Positions 1-8,683 of a stretch of 64,000 nucleotides of DNA are shown piece after piece. Location of the stretch: assembly GCA_964538855.1 (NCBI GenBank), contig CAZIEY010000001.1, positions 163,059 to 227,058 on the forward strand. Direction: 5' to 3'. Below the pieces are notes generated by a model that saw only the letters and a program-made list of their open reading frames with translations, was not told where the DNA came from and searched no databases. Each line of letters begins with the position of its first letter. The stretch's first letter is position 1. The stretch is from an uncultured Candidatus Saccharibacteria bacterium (lineage in GTDB: Bacteria > Patescibacteriota > Minisyncoccia > Phycocordibacterales > JAACPR01). The translations under genes were made by a program, and so were the position numbers.

Positions 1-145
1 CCAGCCATCTATCGCATCAAGCACAAGCCAAATTCCACGCCAAATCAAAACCATACCAACGACGACCGAGATGTGTTGTGCGAAATAACTTGTTGAAAAA
101 TATTTTTTGGACATGCGGATTTTATTTAAATAATTAAATTTGAAC

Positions 146-691
146 TTAACCATTATGACACATTCGGCGCATTTTGAAACTGAGGATAACTAAAAGGATT
201 ATAAACGCCGTCAACGACATCATCGGAATAGTCACATAGCCCAATTCCATCACGTAACGCTTGGTACACGAAATGCCCGCACCCAGGGCGTCGCATGCAA
301 ATAAATCGGCACCACCATAGTCAATATAATTGTGATAGAGCGCAATAACCGCACCCACGAGCGACAGCATCCACGCCACCGTATAAGCCCATATTTTTTG
401 AGTTCGCCACGCAATCACTAGGAAAATAATTTGTGGATACAAAAAGTATCTCTGGACCACACACAATATACACGGAGCAAATCCTGCGAAACGAGAATAA
501 AAGAGGCTGAGTACAATCCCGCCGAGCACAATTCCGATCGAGAGCAGGTCGGCACACTTCATCAACAGACGTGCCGGCGCGTGATCCGAATTTTTCCGAT
601 TCACAACGAAATAGACGAGGCCGACCACGAGCACAACATGCGACACCACCACCCCAATCGCAAGCACCATGTTTACAATAGAGAGTAACAT
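146..691 (-). CDS. DsbB-like disulfide bond formation protein (multi-pass membrane)
   Basis: 181 aa, 4-5 hydrophobic segments. Conserved CxLCxxQR motif (CILCVVQR) and a second Cys pair, typical of the DsbB/BdbC family. Confidence 0.6.
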   Translation of the reverse strand: MLLSIVNMVLAIGVVVSHVVLVVGLVYFVVNRKNSDHAPARLLMKCADLLSIGIVLGGIVLSLFYSRFAGFAPCILCVVQRYFLYPQIIFLVIAWRTQKIWAYTVAWMLSLVGAVIALYHNYIDYGGADLFACDALGAGISCTKRYVMELGYVTIPMMSLTAFIILLVILSFKMRRMCHNG

Positions 692-692
692 A

Positions 693-1076
693 TTATTCTG
701 GCAAAACGCAGGATGTTTTTTCGGCTAATGTGTCGAGCCTAACTTCCCCTTCTATGGTTTCACCGTCAGCAAAAATCCAGAATGGATAACCTTTCACACC
801 GGCGTCTTTACAAATTGGTAATTGCGACTGACCATCTGGAGTAGAGCATTCAACATAAGGAAGATTTTTGGCAGCTTTACCAAACATCCCTTTTTGTTTT
901 TGACAATGAGGACACCAGAATGCACCATAGAATTTTGCACCTTTATCGGTGAGACACTGTGCAAATTCATCGTATTTGCCAGGTTTTTTGTTTTCGACAA
1001 CAATAAAGGCGACTGCGGCCGCAATGACGAGTAGAGCGCCAAGCCACATGAGTTTTGTTTTGTTTTTTTCTGACAT
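693..1076 (-). CDS. Membrane-anchored thioredoxin-fold thiol-disulfide oxidoreductase (DsbA/BdbD-like)
   Basis: 127 aa with an N-terminal TM anchor and a WCPHCQ active-site motif. Sits immediately downstream of the DsbB-like gene. Confidence 0.65.
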   Translation of the reverse strand: MSEKNKTKLMWLGALLVIAAAVAFIVVENKKPGKYDEFAQCLTDKGAKFYGAFWCPHCQKQKGMFGKAAKNLPYVECSTPDGQSQLPICKDAGVKGYPFWIFADGETIEGEVRLDTLAEKTSCVLPE

Positions 1077-1080
1077 GCGA

Positions 1081-2706
1081 CTATTTTAGCAGGCTTTGCA
1101 CAATCGGCAAAATAGCAGTAAATTTCGCACCCTTGTCGCGCCCCTCTGATTCTGCCCAAATTTGTCCGTTGTAATTTTCGACAACTTTTTTTGCAATGAA
1201 CAAACCATACCCAGTCGATGATGTGTTGTATTTCACAGACTCTTCACCACGTCCACCGGATTGGAAGAGGCGAGCTTTATCGTTTTCAGTGAGACCAATA
1301 CCAGTGTCTTTCACAACAAATTCAATATTGGAACCGTTTTGCGCAAGTGAAATATTTATACCTCCTTTAAACGTATACAAAATAGCGTTTTGTATGAGGT
1401 TTCGCACAAGATCTTTGATGCGAGCTTCGTCAGCTTTTACATGTACAGGCGCGGTGGTGCAATAATAATTAATCGCAAGATTTTTATTTTTTGCTGAAGC
1501 ATCTAAGTCAGCGATAACTTTCCGCACAGTAGTATCCATATCAAACAGTGCATCGGTAAATTTAATCTTTCCGTTTTTCAAGTTCGCAGCATTCAAAATA
1601 TTTTCAACGAGCTCAATTCCCTCTTTATCTGATCGCAAACCTTCTATCACGAGACGATTTAAGTTCGGAGAAAGTGCCTCTGCATCGTCGCTTATCGTAT
1701 CGAAAATGTTTCGACTCTTTGTAAAGAAGCCTTTGATCTGATGCGTAATGAAGTGCATCAATGTCTGCTGTTCTTCATTTGCCCGTTCGAGCAGCTCACG
1801 CTGGGTGTCGACTTTTTTAACTGAACGAATTAAAGTTGTTCCGGCTACCGCTACGAATACAAACGTAATACCATTCAATACTTTATTTATGTTATTACGA
1901 ATGAAGAAAAATTGAGATCCAATTAAGATAATTAGAATCCAAACCAAAGCCTGTGCACCCAACAATTTTATGTTTAATACTTTGAAACGTACGATCAAAA
2001 ATACAAGTACGATCAGAAAAGCCAGCATCCCAAACAATTTATATTGTTCATATTGCCACTCCCAACCCAACAATAAAGTTATATTACCGGATATAAATAT
2101 AGCTTGGAAAATCGCGACTCCAATCATAAATAAGGCGTGCTGCATATACTTATCATCACTTCGTCTCTTTAAATAAAGATAAAGGCTAGCAATAAGTGTA
2201 ATCACGAATGATCCCACTTCTAGTATATACAGATACGACCACAAAATACCTTCGGATAATCCTCTATCACAATTTGATAAATCGTAATAAGAAATATTTA
2301 ATGATGTATGGGAACTCAAGATAATTGGCAATAACAAAGCAAATGCAGCTAGATTGGTTATAAAATTAAATTCTCGGGCACGAGTAAAGCTATATAACAA
2401 ACTTAATGCCAGATAAAAGATAACGTACTCAACGTAAATTAAAATATTCCAGAAAAACATAATCAACTCACTTTTTTCATCGGCCCATAGAATCAAATCG
2501 AAATACACCCATACAGAAAAAGATACGCACAATAAAAACAACTTAATATTGTTGCTATTTTTATAGTCGTTAATTAATACAAAAAAACCAACTAATAGAG
2601 CAGCGATTGGGGGTAGCAAATGCGAATAGTAAATCAAAGGGTCAAAAACATTTTGAGAAAATATTAAAAATTTAGCATTATCCCAACCGCACTGTAATAT
2701 ATCCAT
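1081..2706 (-). CDS. Sensor histidine kinase with a large multi-TM N-terminal domain
   Basis: 541 aa. N-terminal half is hydrophobic multi-pass. C-terminal H-box (HFITHQIKG) and HATPase_c motifs (DTGIGL, GTGYGLFIAKK). No cognate response regulator adjacent. Confidence 0.8.
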   Translation of the reverse strand: MDILQCGWDNAKFLIFSQNVFDPLIYYSHLLPPIAALLVGFFVLINDYKNSNNIKLFLLCVSFSVWVYFDLILWADEKSELIMFFWNILIYVEYVIFYLALSLLYSFTRAREFNFITNLAAFALLLPIILSSHTSLNISYYDLSNCDRGLSEGILWSYLYILEVGSFVITLIASLYLYLKRRSDDKYMQHALFMIGVAIFQAIFISGNITLLLGWEWQYEQYKLFGMLAFLIVLVFLIVRFKVLNIKLLGAQALVWILIILIGSQFFFIRNNINKVLNGITFVFVAVAGTTLIRSVKKVDTQRELLERANEEQQTLMHFITHQIKGFFTKSRNIFDTISDDAEALSPNLNRLVIEGLRSDKEGIELVENILNAANLKNGKIKFTDALFDMDTTVRKVIADLDASAKNKNLAINYYCTTAPVHVKADEARIKDLVRNLIQNAILYTFKGGINISLAQNGSNIEFVVKDTGIGLTENDKARLFQSGGRGEESVKYNTSSTGYGLFIAKKVVENYNGQIWAESEGRDKGAKFTAILPIVQSLLK

Positions 2707-2746
2707 ACCTTATATAATAGCATCCTCTTTGCAAGTGCAAAGGATA

Positions 2747-3262
2747 TTATTCATGGTCTTCAATATATTTTTTTATGTAGACCTTTTCAAAATAAGGTGG
2801 AATCAATGGGAAATATTTAGCAAAAAAACCTGAAGGTAATTTCTCTATTGATCTAATAACTTTTCGGCAATTGATGGAGCCGCAATTACAATCCATCTCC
2901 CAGTCCGTATGTTCAGATATTGAGTAATCGAATGTAAGTTCCTCACCGGCACTAATGTCTCTAAGAGCAATATAGGTTACACCATCATTACCGACTGCCA
3001 AGTTAGGGTCGCATCTATGATTAATGCACACGTAGGGATAGATCGGATCTATATACAAATCTTTATCCAAACCGACAATATTAGGAAGTGTTAATGACTC
3101 CTCCTTATTCTTTGGATGAAAATTGATTGTGGGACCTTTCATAACGAAAACTGCATCCCCTTTTTTAAAACTGCGGGAAGTAAATAAACCGTTTCCAGCA
3201 ACAGGACTTTGTTTAACGAACAAATGAGGCTCGATATCGTATTTTTCCTTCATACAATACAA
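2747..3262 (-). CDS. SET domain protein (putative lysine methyltransferase)
   Basis: 171 aa. Motifs GxG (AGNGLF), NHRCDPN, ELTFDY, and a post-SET Cys cluster CNCGSINC. Confidence 0.7.
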   Translation of the reverse strand: MYCMKEKYDIEPHLFVKQSPVAGNGLFTSRSFKKGDAVFVMKGPTINFHPKNKEESLTLPNIVGLDKDLYIDPIYPYVCINHRCDPNLAVGNDGVTYIALRDISAGEELTFDYSISEHTDWEMDCNCGSINCRKVIRSIEKLPSGFFAKYFPLIPPYFEKVYIKKYIEDHE

Positions 3263-3319
3263 TATACAACGTATTTAAAATATTATCAAATACTCTATTT
3301 AAAAAAGGCAACGCGTGTT

Positions 3320-3910
3320 TCAGCGTTGCCTCCGTGTGGCCAAGATTGCCACGCTCGCATGGAGAACCATGCAGTTTATGGGGTAAATCACTTCACCCCA
3401 ACCATTCCACTGCGTACAACACAACATAATGTCGAGAAAGTACGCAACAGTCCACACAATCCAAGGATTTGGATCCTCGTTCTGTGGGTCATCCCAGACG
3501 TCCCGAATCATCGGAAAGAATGAGATTAGTGTACTGATCTGCACTGCGATATTGCCTACAAGGGCATCATTTTCTGCCCAAACAATCATCGCCACGACAT
3601 CCGCACTAAAAACGATCACGTCGAGTTTGGTCATTTTCTTGAAACGACCACGCATCAGACATGATACGAAAAGTGAGATGCAGCAGATACTGCACACGAC
3701 CGGCAAAACAGTCTTCGCGTTCCACTCACCCGTAAGGTCACGATACGACCAGACGTTGAGAATGGAGCCGAAAGCCCAAATTGCCCAGGAAGTGGTATTA
3801 GGAACCACATCCTTTTTACTGGCCAGGTAATACATGTAGTAACCTCCTACATGCGCTACCCCAACAAACCACGGGAATGGATTGTCCATGAGACCCCCTA
3901 AGATATGCAC
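3320..3910 (-). CDS. Hypothetical multi-pass membrane protein
   Basis: 196-aa ORF with 5-6 hydrophobic segments. No recognisable catalytic motif. Confidence 0.45.
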   Translation of the reverse strand: MHILGGLMDNPFPWFVGVAHVGGYYMYYLASKKDVVPNTTSWAIWAFGSILNVWSYRDLTGEWNAKTVLPVVCSICCISLFVSCLMRGRFKKMTKLDVIVFSADVVAMIVWAENDALVGNIAVQISTLISFFPMIRDVWDDPQNEDPNPWIVWTVAYFLDIMLCCTQWNGWGEVIYPINCMVLHASVAILATRRQR

Positions 3911-3984
3911 GCTCTAAACGTGCGAGTTACAGATGAAAAAGGACTAAAACACTTATTTTATAATAGCATATTATAAATCAAAGG

Positions 3985-4293
3985 TCAAGAGCATACCACC
4001 TCGTCACCAGAACTACTTTCACACGAGACAATTTCACAACCCAACTCGCCTTCAGGACATGCAAAAATTTCACACTCTCCGGAATCAAAACATTGTTCGA
4101 CTTTGTAGGCTTTGCGATAAATTTCCAAATAATTCCCCTCTTCACCAACAAAACAACCTTCTTGATTTTCTTCGCAAGGAATGTGCATGTAGAGCAAATA
4201 ATCTTTCTGAATCACCAACACATAAAAAGTGTAGGAGATCGAAGCAGCGATAAGCACACACGCAGAAATCAGTAAAACTTTATTATAGTTCAT
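3985..4293 (-). CDS. Small Cys-rich membrane-anchored/secreted protein
   Basis: 102 aa. N-terminal TM/signal anchor followed by 10 Cys in CE/CP contexts. Confidence 0.4.
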   Translation of the reverse strand: MNYNKVLLISACVLIAASISYTFYVLVIQKDYLLYMHIPCEENQEGCFVGEEGNYLEIYRKAYKVEQCFDSGECEIFACPEGELGCEIVSCESSSGDEVVCS

Positions 4294-4325
4294 GAATAGA
4301 GTATAACATTTTTATAAATGAGGTT

Positions 4326-4724
4326 TTACCTCGCCTCCACATCCGTCTGATGCAACCCAAAAGTGTTCCCTTCGGTATCGAGGAAATATCCTTGCCATGC
4401 CATGCCGACAAGCGCGAATTTTGGCATCGCGACAGTGCCGCCGGCAACGAGAATTTTCTTTGAGGTCGCTTCGTAGTCGTCGACTTGGACCGTGCAGACA
4501 AAAGAATTGACGCCGCATTCCTTTGGCAACGTTTTCGTCGGTCGCTTCAAAAGCCCGCCGTTGATGCCCGGCTCTTTACTTTCCTTCGGCGCGGTCATTA
4601 TTCCCCAATATTCCCATCCGAGCCCAGGATATTTTTCAATGCTCCACCCAAACACTTCTCGATAAAATTTCGCGGCACGCTCGGTATCTTCGGCTTGAAT
4701 TTCAAAATGGACGACTCGGTTCAT
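4326..4724 (-). CDS. VOC family protein (glyoxalase/bleomycin-resistance fold)
   Basis: 132 aa. VHFEIQAED...FYREVFGW start and paired beta-alpha-beta-beta-beta modules typical of the glyoxalase superfamily. Confidence 0.75.
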   Translation of the reverse strand: MNRVVHFEIQAEDTERAAKFYREVFGWSIEKYPGLGWEYWGIMTAPKESKEPGINGGLLKRPTKTLPKECGVNSFVCTVQVDDYEATSKKILVAGGTVAMPKFALVGMAWQGYFLDTEGNTFGLHQTDVEAR

Positions 4725-4772
4725 AGGTTTGCGATTAGGTGGATAATATTTGTATTATAACCCATCTCCCAC

Positions 4773-5525
4773 TTACACCACCACCTTCGCGGCATCCCAC
4801 AAAAGCTCAAAAGCCACTTTTTCCATCTCAATAATATTTTTGTTACTAGTTGCAATAATGTGTACGGGTGGAATCGTCTGATGAATACCTACCACCGACG
4901 ATGTGATGGCTTTGCTCACAGACATTAGGGATGGTGATGTGAAAAAACGAACAGTTTTTCCCAAGGCAGGATGTTGCAGTACGAGATTTCGATTTTCTTC
5001 TGTGTCTTGAACGAGCAACGCGACCCTCACCCCCTTCTCGGTTCGACGCTTGATAAAAGATTGAAAATAATCCACATCATCTGAAATAAAAGAATTCGAA
5101 TTGCCGATCGCGTAATAATAATCTCCGACACGTAAATTATTAAGCAACGACTCGTAAAAGTTTTTAATCGGAGTTGTACCCTTCACCACAGAAAACTCGG
5201 TCGCTTCATGGGCTTGAGTGTGCAAAGCCTGCAATTCCGGGATAATGCCGCGAATTTTTGACTTGGTGAACTCGGCCATATTTTCCAATTGATCAGGTGG
5301 AATTGCGACATATTTCTTTTTCAAGCCAACATAGGTCTCTGTCGCGAAACCCTTATCAACTATTTGATGTAAAATCGGGTATACAGCCGTTCTCTCCATG
5401 CCAAGCACACTTGCAATATGAGCAATGGTGCTTGGACCATTAGCGATGAAGGCAGTATAAAGCTTTGCCTCTTGTTCTGAGAGACCTAATAATCCCAATG
5501 TTTCGTGTATATTCCGGTATTTCAT
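4773..5525 (-). CDS. TrmB-family transcriptional regulator
   Basis: N-terminal HTH (LGLSEQEAKLYTAFIANGPSTIAHIASVLGMERTAVYPILHQIVDKG) plus a C-terminal TrmB-like domain. The internal Met is preferred as start; the ORF extends to 5564. Confidence 0.7.
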   Translation of the reverse strand: MKYRNIHETLGLLGLSEQEAKLYTAFIANGPSTIAHIASVLGMERTAVYPILHQIVDKGFATETYVGLKKKYVAIPPDQLENMAEFTKSKIRGIIPELQALHTQAHEATEFSVVKGTTPIKNFYESLLNNLRVGDYYYAIGNSNSFISDDVDYFQSFIKRRTEKGVRVALLVQDTEENRNLVLQHPALGKTVRFFTSPSLMSVSKAITSSVVGIHQTIPPVHIIATSNKNIIEMEKVAFELLWDAAKVVV

Positions 5526-5656
5526 ATATTTGTATAAATATTTCTCACAACTATATAACCACATATAACCTTATAAATCAAGAACATAATGACGTAGATT
5601 CAATTCGATGTAATACATATTTTGACATCACATACGCCAGTGATAGGCTCAACTAT

Positions 5657-6766
5657 ATGAAAATAAACAAGATAATCATAGCGATTTGTGTCGTGATTGC
5701 CACGCTCGGTATTTTTTCCTATAACCACAATCGGGAAGGAACCCTACAAATAGGAGTAGTCGCGTCGCTTACGGGCCCCGGAGCATATTTCGGAGAACAG
5801 TTTGTTTCGGGTTTGTCGATGGCACGTGATGATATCAACGCTCGCGGTGGAGTACGCGGACAAAAAATTGAGCTTATTATAGAAGACAGCCAGACAAAAG
5901 ACACCACTGCCCTTTCGGCTGCCAAAAAGCTAGTCGAGGTCGATCACGTCTCGGTCATCCTAGGAGATTCATGGAATAGCACGACACTCGCAATGCATCC
6001 ATATCTCATGGAACAAAAAGTGATACTTGTTTCTCCGCATATTTCTCTGAACTCGCTTGCGGTAGAAGATTATGCATTCCGCCTGATTCCAAGTACACAC
6101 GAATTTGTCACCCCAATCGCCGACTATGCAGTTGCGCACGATGTACACAAAATTGCAATTGCGCGTGTGCAAAGTCAATTTGGGCAGGAACATGTGGAAT
6201 CTTTTAAGAAAATGTTTGAGGGTGATACCCGTACCATTGTTGCTGACGAAGTTTTCAGTCCATCAGCCACCGACATACGATCTGAGCTCACAAAAATAAA
6301 ATCACAAAATCCTGATGCGGTGTTCAATTTGCACTTATCTGGATTACCTGTCGGATTTCTAATAAAACAGGCGGTCGAAGTTGGTCTAAAGACGCAATGG
6401 TTTGCGGCGTGGAGCTTCGAGAACACAGCACTTCTCAAAGAATACGGCCCTATTCTTGAAGGTGTGATTTACCCTGCTTTTTATGATGAGACGGCTTCGG
6501 CGCGCTCGGAAAATTTTGTTGACCGTGTGAAGAAAATGCAAAAGCCACATGATATGTTTATCGCGCTTGGATATGACACACTCGCAGTGATATCAGATGC
6601 ACTCAACCAGAAAGATGTGCCTAACGCAGACAGTATAAAAAATGCGCTCGAAAATATGCAAGACTTTGAGGGTGTGTCTGGAACTTTTAGCTTCGATAAT
6701 AACGGGGACGCGGTGCGCACTATTTTCTTGAAGACGGTGAGAGACGGTGAGTTCGTGAAATTATAA
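5657..6766 (+). CDS. LivK/Peripla_BP_6-type solute-binding protein, membrane-anchored, orphan
   Basis: N-terminal TM anchor (MKINKIIIAICVVIATLGIF). IGVVASLTGPGAYFGEQ and ELIIEDSQ...SAAKKLV motifs of branched-chain amino-acid binding proteins. No permease or ATPase gene nearby. Confidence 0.8.
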   Translation: MKINKIIIAICVVIATLGIFSYNHNREGTLQIGVVASLTGPGAYFGEQFVSGLSMARDDINARGGVRGQKIELIIEDSQTKDTTALSAAKKLVEVDHVSVILGDSWNSTTLAMHPYLMEQKVILVSPHISLNSLAVEDYAFRLIPSTHEFVTPIADYAVAHDVHKIAIARVQSQFGQEHVESFKKMFEGDTRTIVADEVFSPSATDIRSELTKIKSQNPDAVFNLHLSGLPVGFLIKQAVEVGLKTQWFAAWSFENTALLKEYGPILEGVIYPAFYDETASARSENFVDRVKKMQKPHDMFIALGYDTLAVISDALNQKDVPNADSIKNALENMQDFEGVSGTFSFDNNGDAVRTIFLKTVRDGEFVKL

Positions 6767-6793
6767 AACTCGCTCAACTTCTTCTGTTTGAAA

Positions 6794-7369
6794 TTACTCG
6801 CGATCACGAAACCCTATCGGCTCTTTCTGCTTCTCCTCCTCTATCAAAAATTGCCGAATAGCCTGAAAGACGATTTTGAAATGACTATCGTATTTTTTCT
6901 CGAGCAATTCAATCTTTTCCCGCAATTCTTTGTGCGAGTCGATCATCTCGCGCAGCTTTGTAAAAATTCGAATAATTTGAATGTTGACGCGAATCGCCTT
7001 CTCACTATTGAGCACACTCGAAAGCATTGCGATGCCTTGTTCGGTGAAGACATAGGAACCATATTTTATGTTATGCCCAGACTTATTTTTCAAGGTCGCA
7101 AATTGCGACCTTGGGTCTATTCCGTCGTTTGAGGTCGCAAATTGCGACCTCAAAAACATTTCCGTTTCTTCAACTGACAATTGAAACATGAAATCATCTG
7201 GAAACCGATCATGATTTCTTTTTACTGCTTCGTTGAGACGCTTCGTCACCACCCCATACAGTAACGCCAAATCCCTATCGAACATGACTTTGCGACCGCG
7301 AATATAATAAATTTTGTTTTTAATGTCTTGATGAGTCAAACTTTCGGCGATTCCAATTTCTTTTTTCAT
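6794..7369 (-). CDS. ORF6N-domain protein (KilA-N-like DNA-binding, antirepressor-type)
   Basis: IYYIRGRKVMFDRDLALLYGV.TKRLNEAVKRNHDRFPDDFMFQL matches the ORF6N domain. C-terminal coiled coil. Contains an in-frame duplicated RSQFAT segment. Confidence 0.65.
   Translation of the reverse strand: MKKEIGIAESLTHQDIKNKIYYIRGRKVMFDRDLALLYGVVTKRLNEAVKRNHDRFPDDFMFQLSVEETEMFLRSQFATSNDGIDPRSQFATLKNKSGHNIKYGSYVFTEQGIAMLSSVLNSEKAIRVNIQIIRIFTKLREMIDSHKELREKIELLEKKYDSHFKIVFQAIRQFLIEEEKQKEPIGFRDRE
7093..7150. repeat. Two direct copies of a 19-bp near-palindrome (aggtcgcaaattgcgacct) spaced 39 bp, inside the ORF6N CDS
   Basis: Seen directly. GGTCGC-N5-GCGACC inverted repeat at 7093-7111 and 7132-7150. Encodes the duplicated peptide RSQFAT. 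Confidence 0.8.
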
Positions 7370-7435
7370 GAGCCCTATTATACGGATTGAGTATGAAGTT
7401 TTGTTAAAAAATGTCTAAAGTTTTGACTACACAAA

Positions 7436-7470
7436 AGAAAAACCTCGGCACCACGCCGAGGTTTTTCTAT
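7436..7470 (-). terminator. Rho-independent terminator downstream of the SWIB gene
   Basis: Perfect 9-bp stem aacctcggc/gccgaggtt with a 5-nt loop, flanked by A and T runs on both sides (usable in either direction). Confidence 0.6.
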
Positions 7471-7485
7471 TTCACCTATGTGATA

Positions 7486-7755
7486 TTACGCGCTCAAATG
7501 CTTTGAAACGAGCTTAGTCATTTCGAACATGTTCACCACTTTTTTGCCACCGAATACTACTTCGAGAGCGGCGTCGGCGTTAATATTTCGCTTGTTCTTT
7601 GGATCTTGAAGGTCATTTTTCTTGATGTATGCCCAGAGAGCCTTGACCACTTCTGATCGAGGCATAGGACCTTTGCCTACCACAGCGGCCAATTCGTCGC
7701 TTACTTTCATCGGTTTCATAAATGCAGATGTTGCTTTTCCTGTTTCTTTTGCCAT
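7486..7755 (-). CDS. SWIB/MDM2 domain protein
   Basis: 89 aa. LAAVVGKGPMPRSEVVKALWAYIKKNDLQDP...INADAAL is a typical stand-alone SWIB domain. Confidence 0.7.
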   Translation of the reverse strand: MAKETGKATSAFMKPMKVSDELAAVVGKGPMPRSEVVKALWAYIKKNDLQDPKNKRNINADAALEVVFGGKKVVNMFEMTKLVSKHLSA

Positions 7756-7801
7756 GTGTTTAATTATTTCGTTTATATTATTAATCGAGACTTGAGGGAG
7801 A

Positions 7802-8470
7802 TTATAGCATATTATCTAAAGGAAGTAATTGGCATATCGTGAGTTTCATTTCCTCTGGCGTATAAACCATCTTCTTCAAATTATATAATTGATCTTGCTT
7901 GAAGTAAGATTCATCGTGTGCACCCCACATGACTACCACTGTCGATATACCAGCAATACATGCTTCCCTAACATCTCCTAAAGTATCCGTGACAAAGAGC
8001 ATACTATCTTTCCCTACATCATATTTTTCTTCAATCATTCTAAACTTCTCAACCTTGCTCTTTGCCACATCAGCAGATACTATCCAATCAAACAAATCAA
8101 ATATTTTATTTCGTTGTAGTGCAGGAAGAAAATTTCTCGCAAATGCCGACGTGTTAATAACAAGAGTATACCCATAGGAGTGGAGCATCTGTACGACATC
8201 ACGCACACCTTCATATATTTTGCAATGAGACTTAGTTTCTATCCATGCATCCTCGCGCGCCTGCTTCTCAGATGTAGTTTCTATTTTAGATGGATACAAA
8301 GTCTGAAGTTTTTCAATTTCTTCGAGGAAATTACCACATAGCATTTCTCTATACTTAGAGGCTGGTGCAGTCGGAAATCGCTGACTAAAATATTTTTCAG
8401 CGAGCTCAATAGAGTCGAGAATAACTCCGTCTAAATCGAATATTATTATTTTTTTATGTGAGTCCCTCAC
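7802..8470 (-). CDS. HAD-superfamily hydrolase (beta-phosphoglucomutase-like phosphatase)
   Basis: IIFDLDGVILDS motif I and the downstream HAD motifs. Confidence 0.8.
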   Translation of the reverse strand: MRDSHKKIIIFDLDGVILDSIELAEKYFSQRFPTAPASKYREMLCGNFLEEIEKLQTLYPSKIETTSEKQAREDAWIETKSHCKIYEGVRDVVQMLHSYGYTLVINTSAFARNFLPALQRNKIFDLFDWIVSADVAKSKVEKFRMIEEKYDVGKDSMLFVTDTLGDVREACIAGISTVVVMWGAHDESYFKQDQLYNLKKMVYTPEEMKLTICQLLPLDNML

Positions 8471-8528
8471 TGTGTGATAAATACAAACTCTTCGTTACTA
8501 AGACCACCTCTTCAATTCATCTGTATTT

Positions 8529-8620
8529 GCGGAGACGGAGGGATTCGAACCCTCGAGGCCCTTTTAATGGAGCCTACCTCTTTAGCAAAGAGGCACATTC
8601 GACCACTCTGACACGTCTCC
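8529..8620 (-). tRNA. tRNA-Ser (anticodon GCT)
   Basis: Cloverleaf inferred by eye. Acceptor GGAGACG/CGTCTCC. Anticodon stem CCTCT/AGAGG with loop TTGCTAA. Long variable arm. T-arm GAGGG-TTCGAAT-CCCTC. CCA not encoded. Confidence 0.8.
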
Positions 8621-8683
8621 AAAGACTGGTTTAGATTATCATATTATCGGGCAAAATGAAATGCAATTTGCTAAAATACCCTC

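Noticed and set aside
5465-5656. N-terminal 64 aa of the 433-aa ORF track entry for the binding protein
   Set aside because: The extension overlaps the divergent TrmB gene and its promoter region. The internal Met at 5657 starts a typical TM anchor, so the shorter CDS was preferred.
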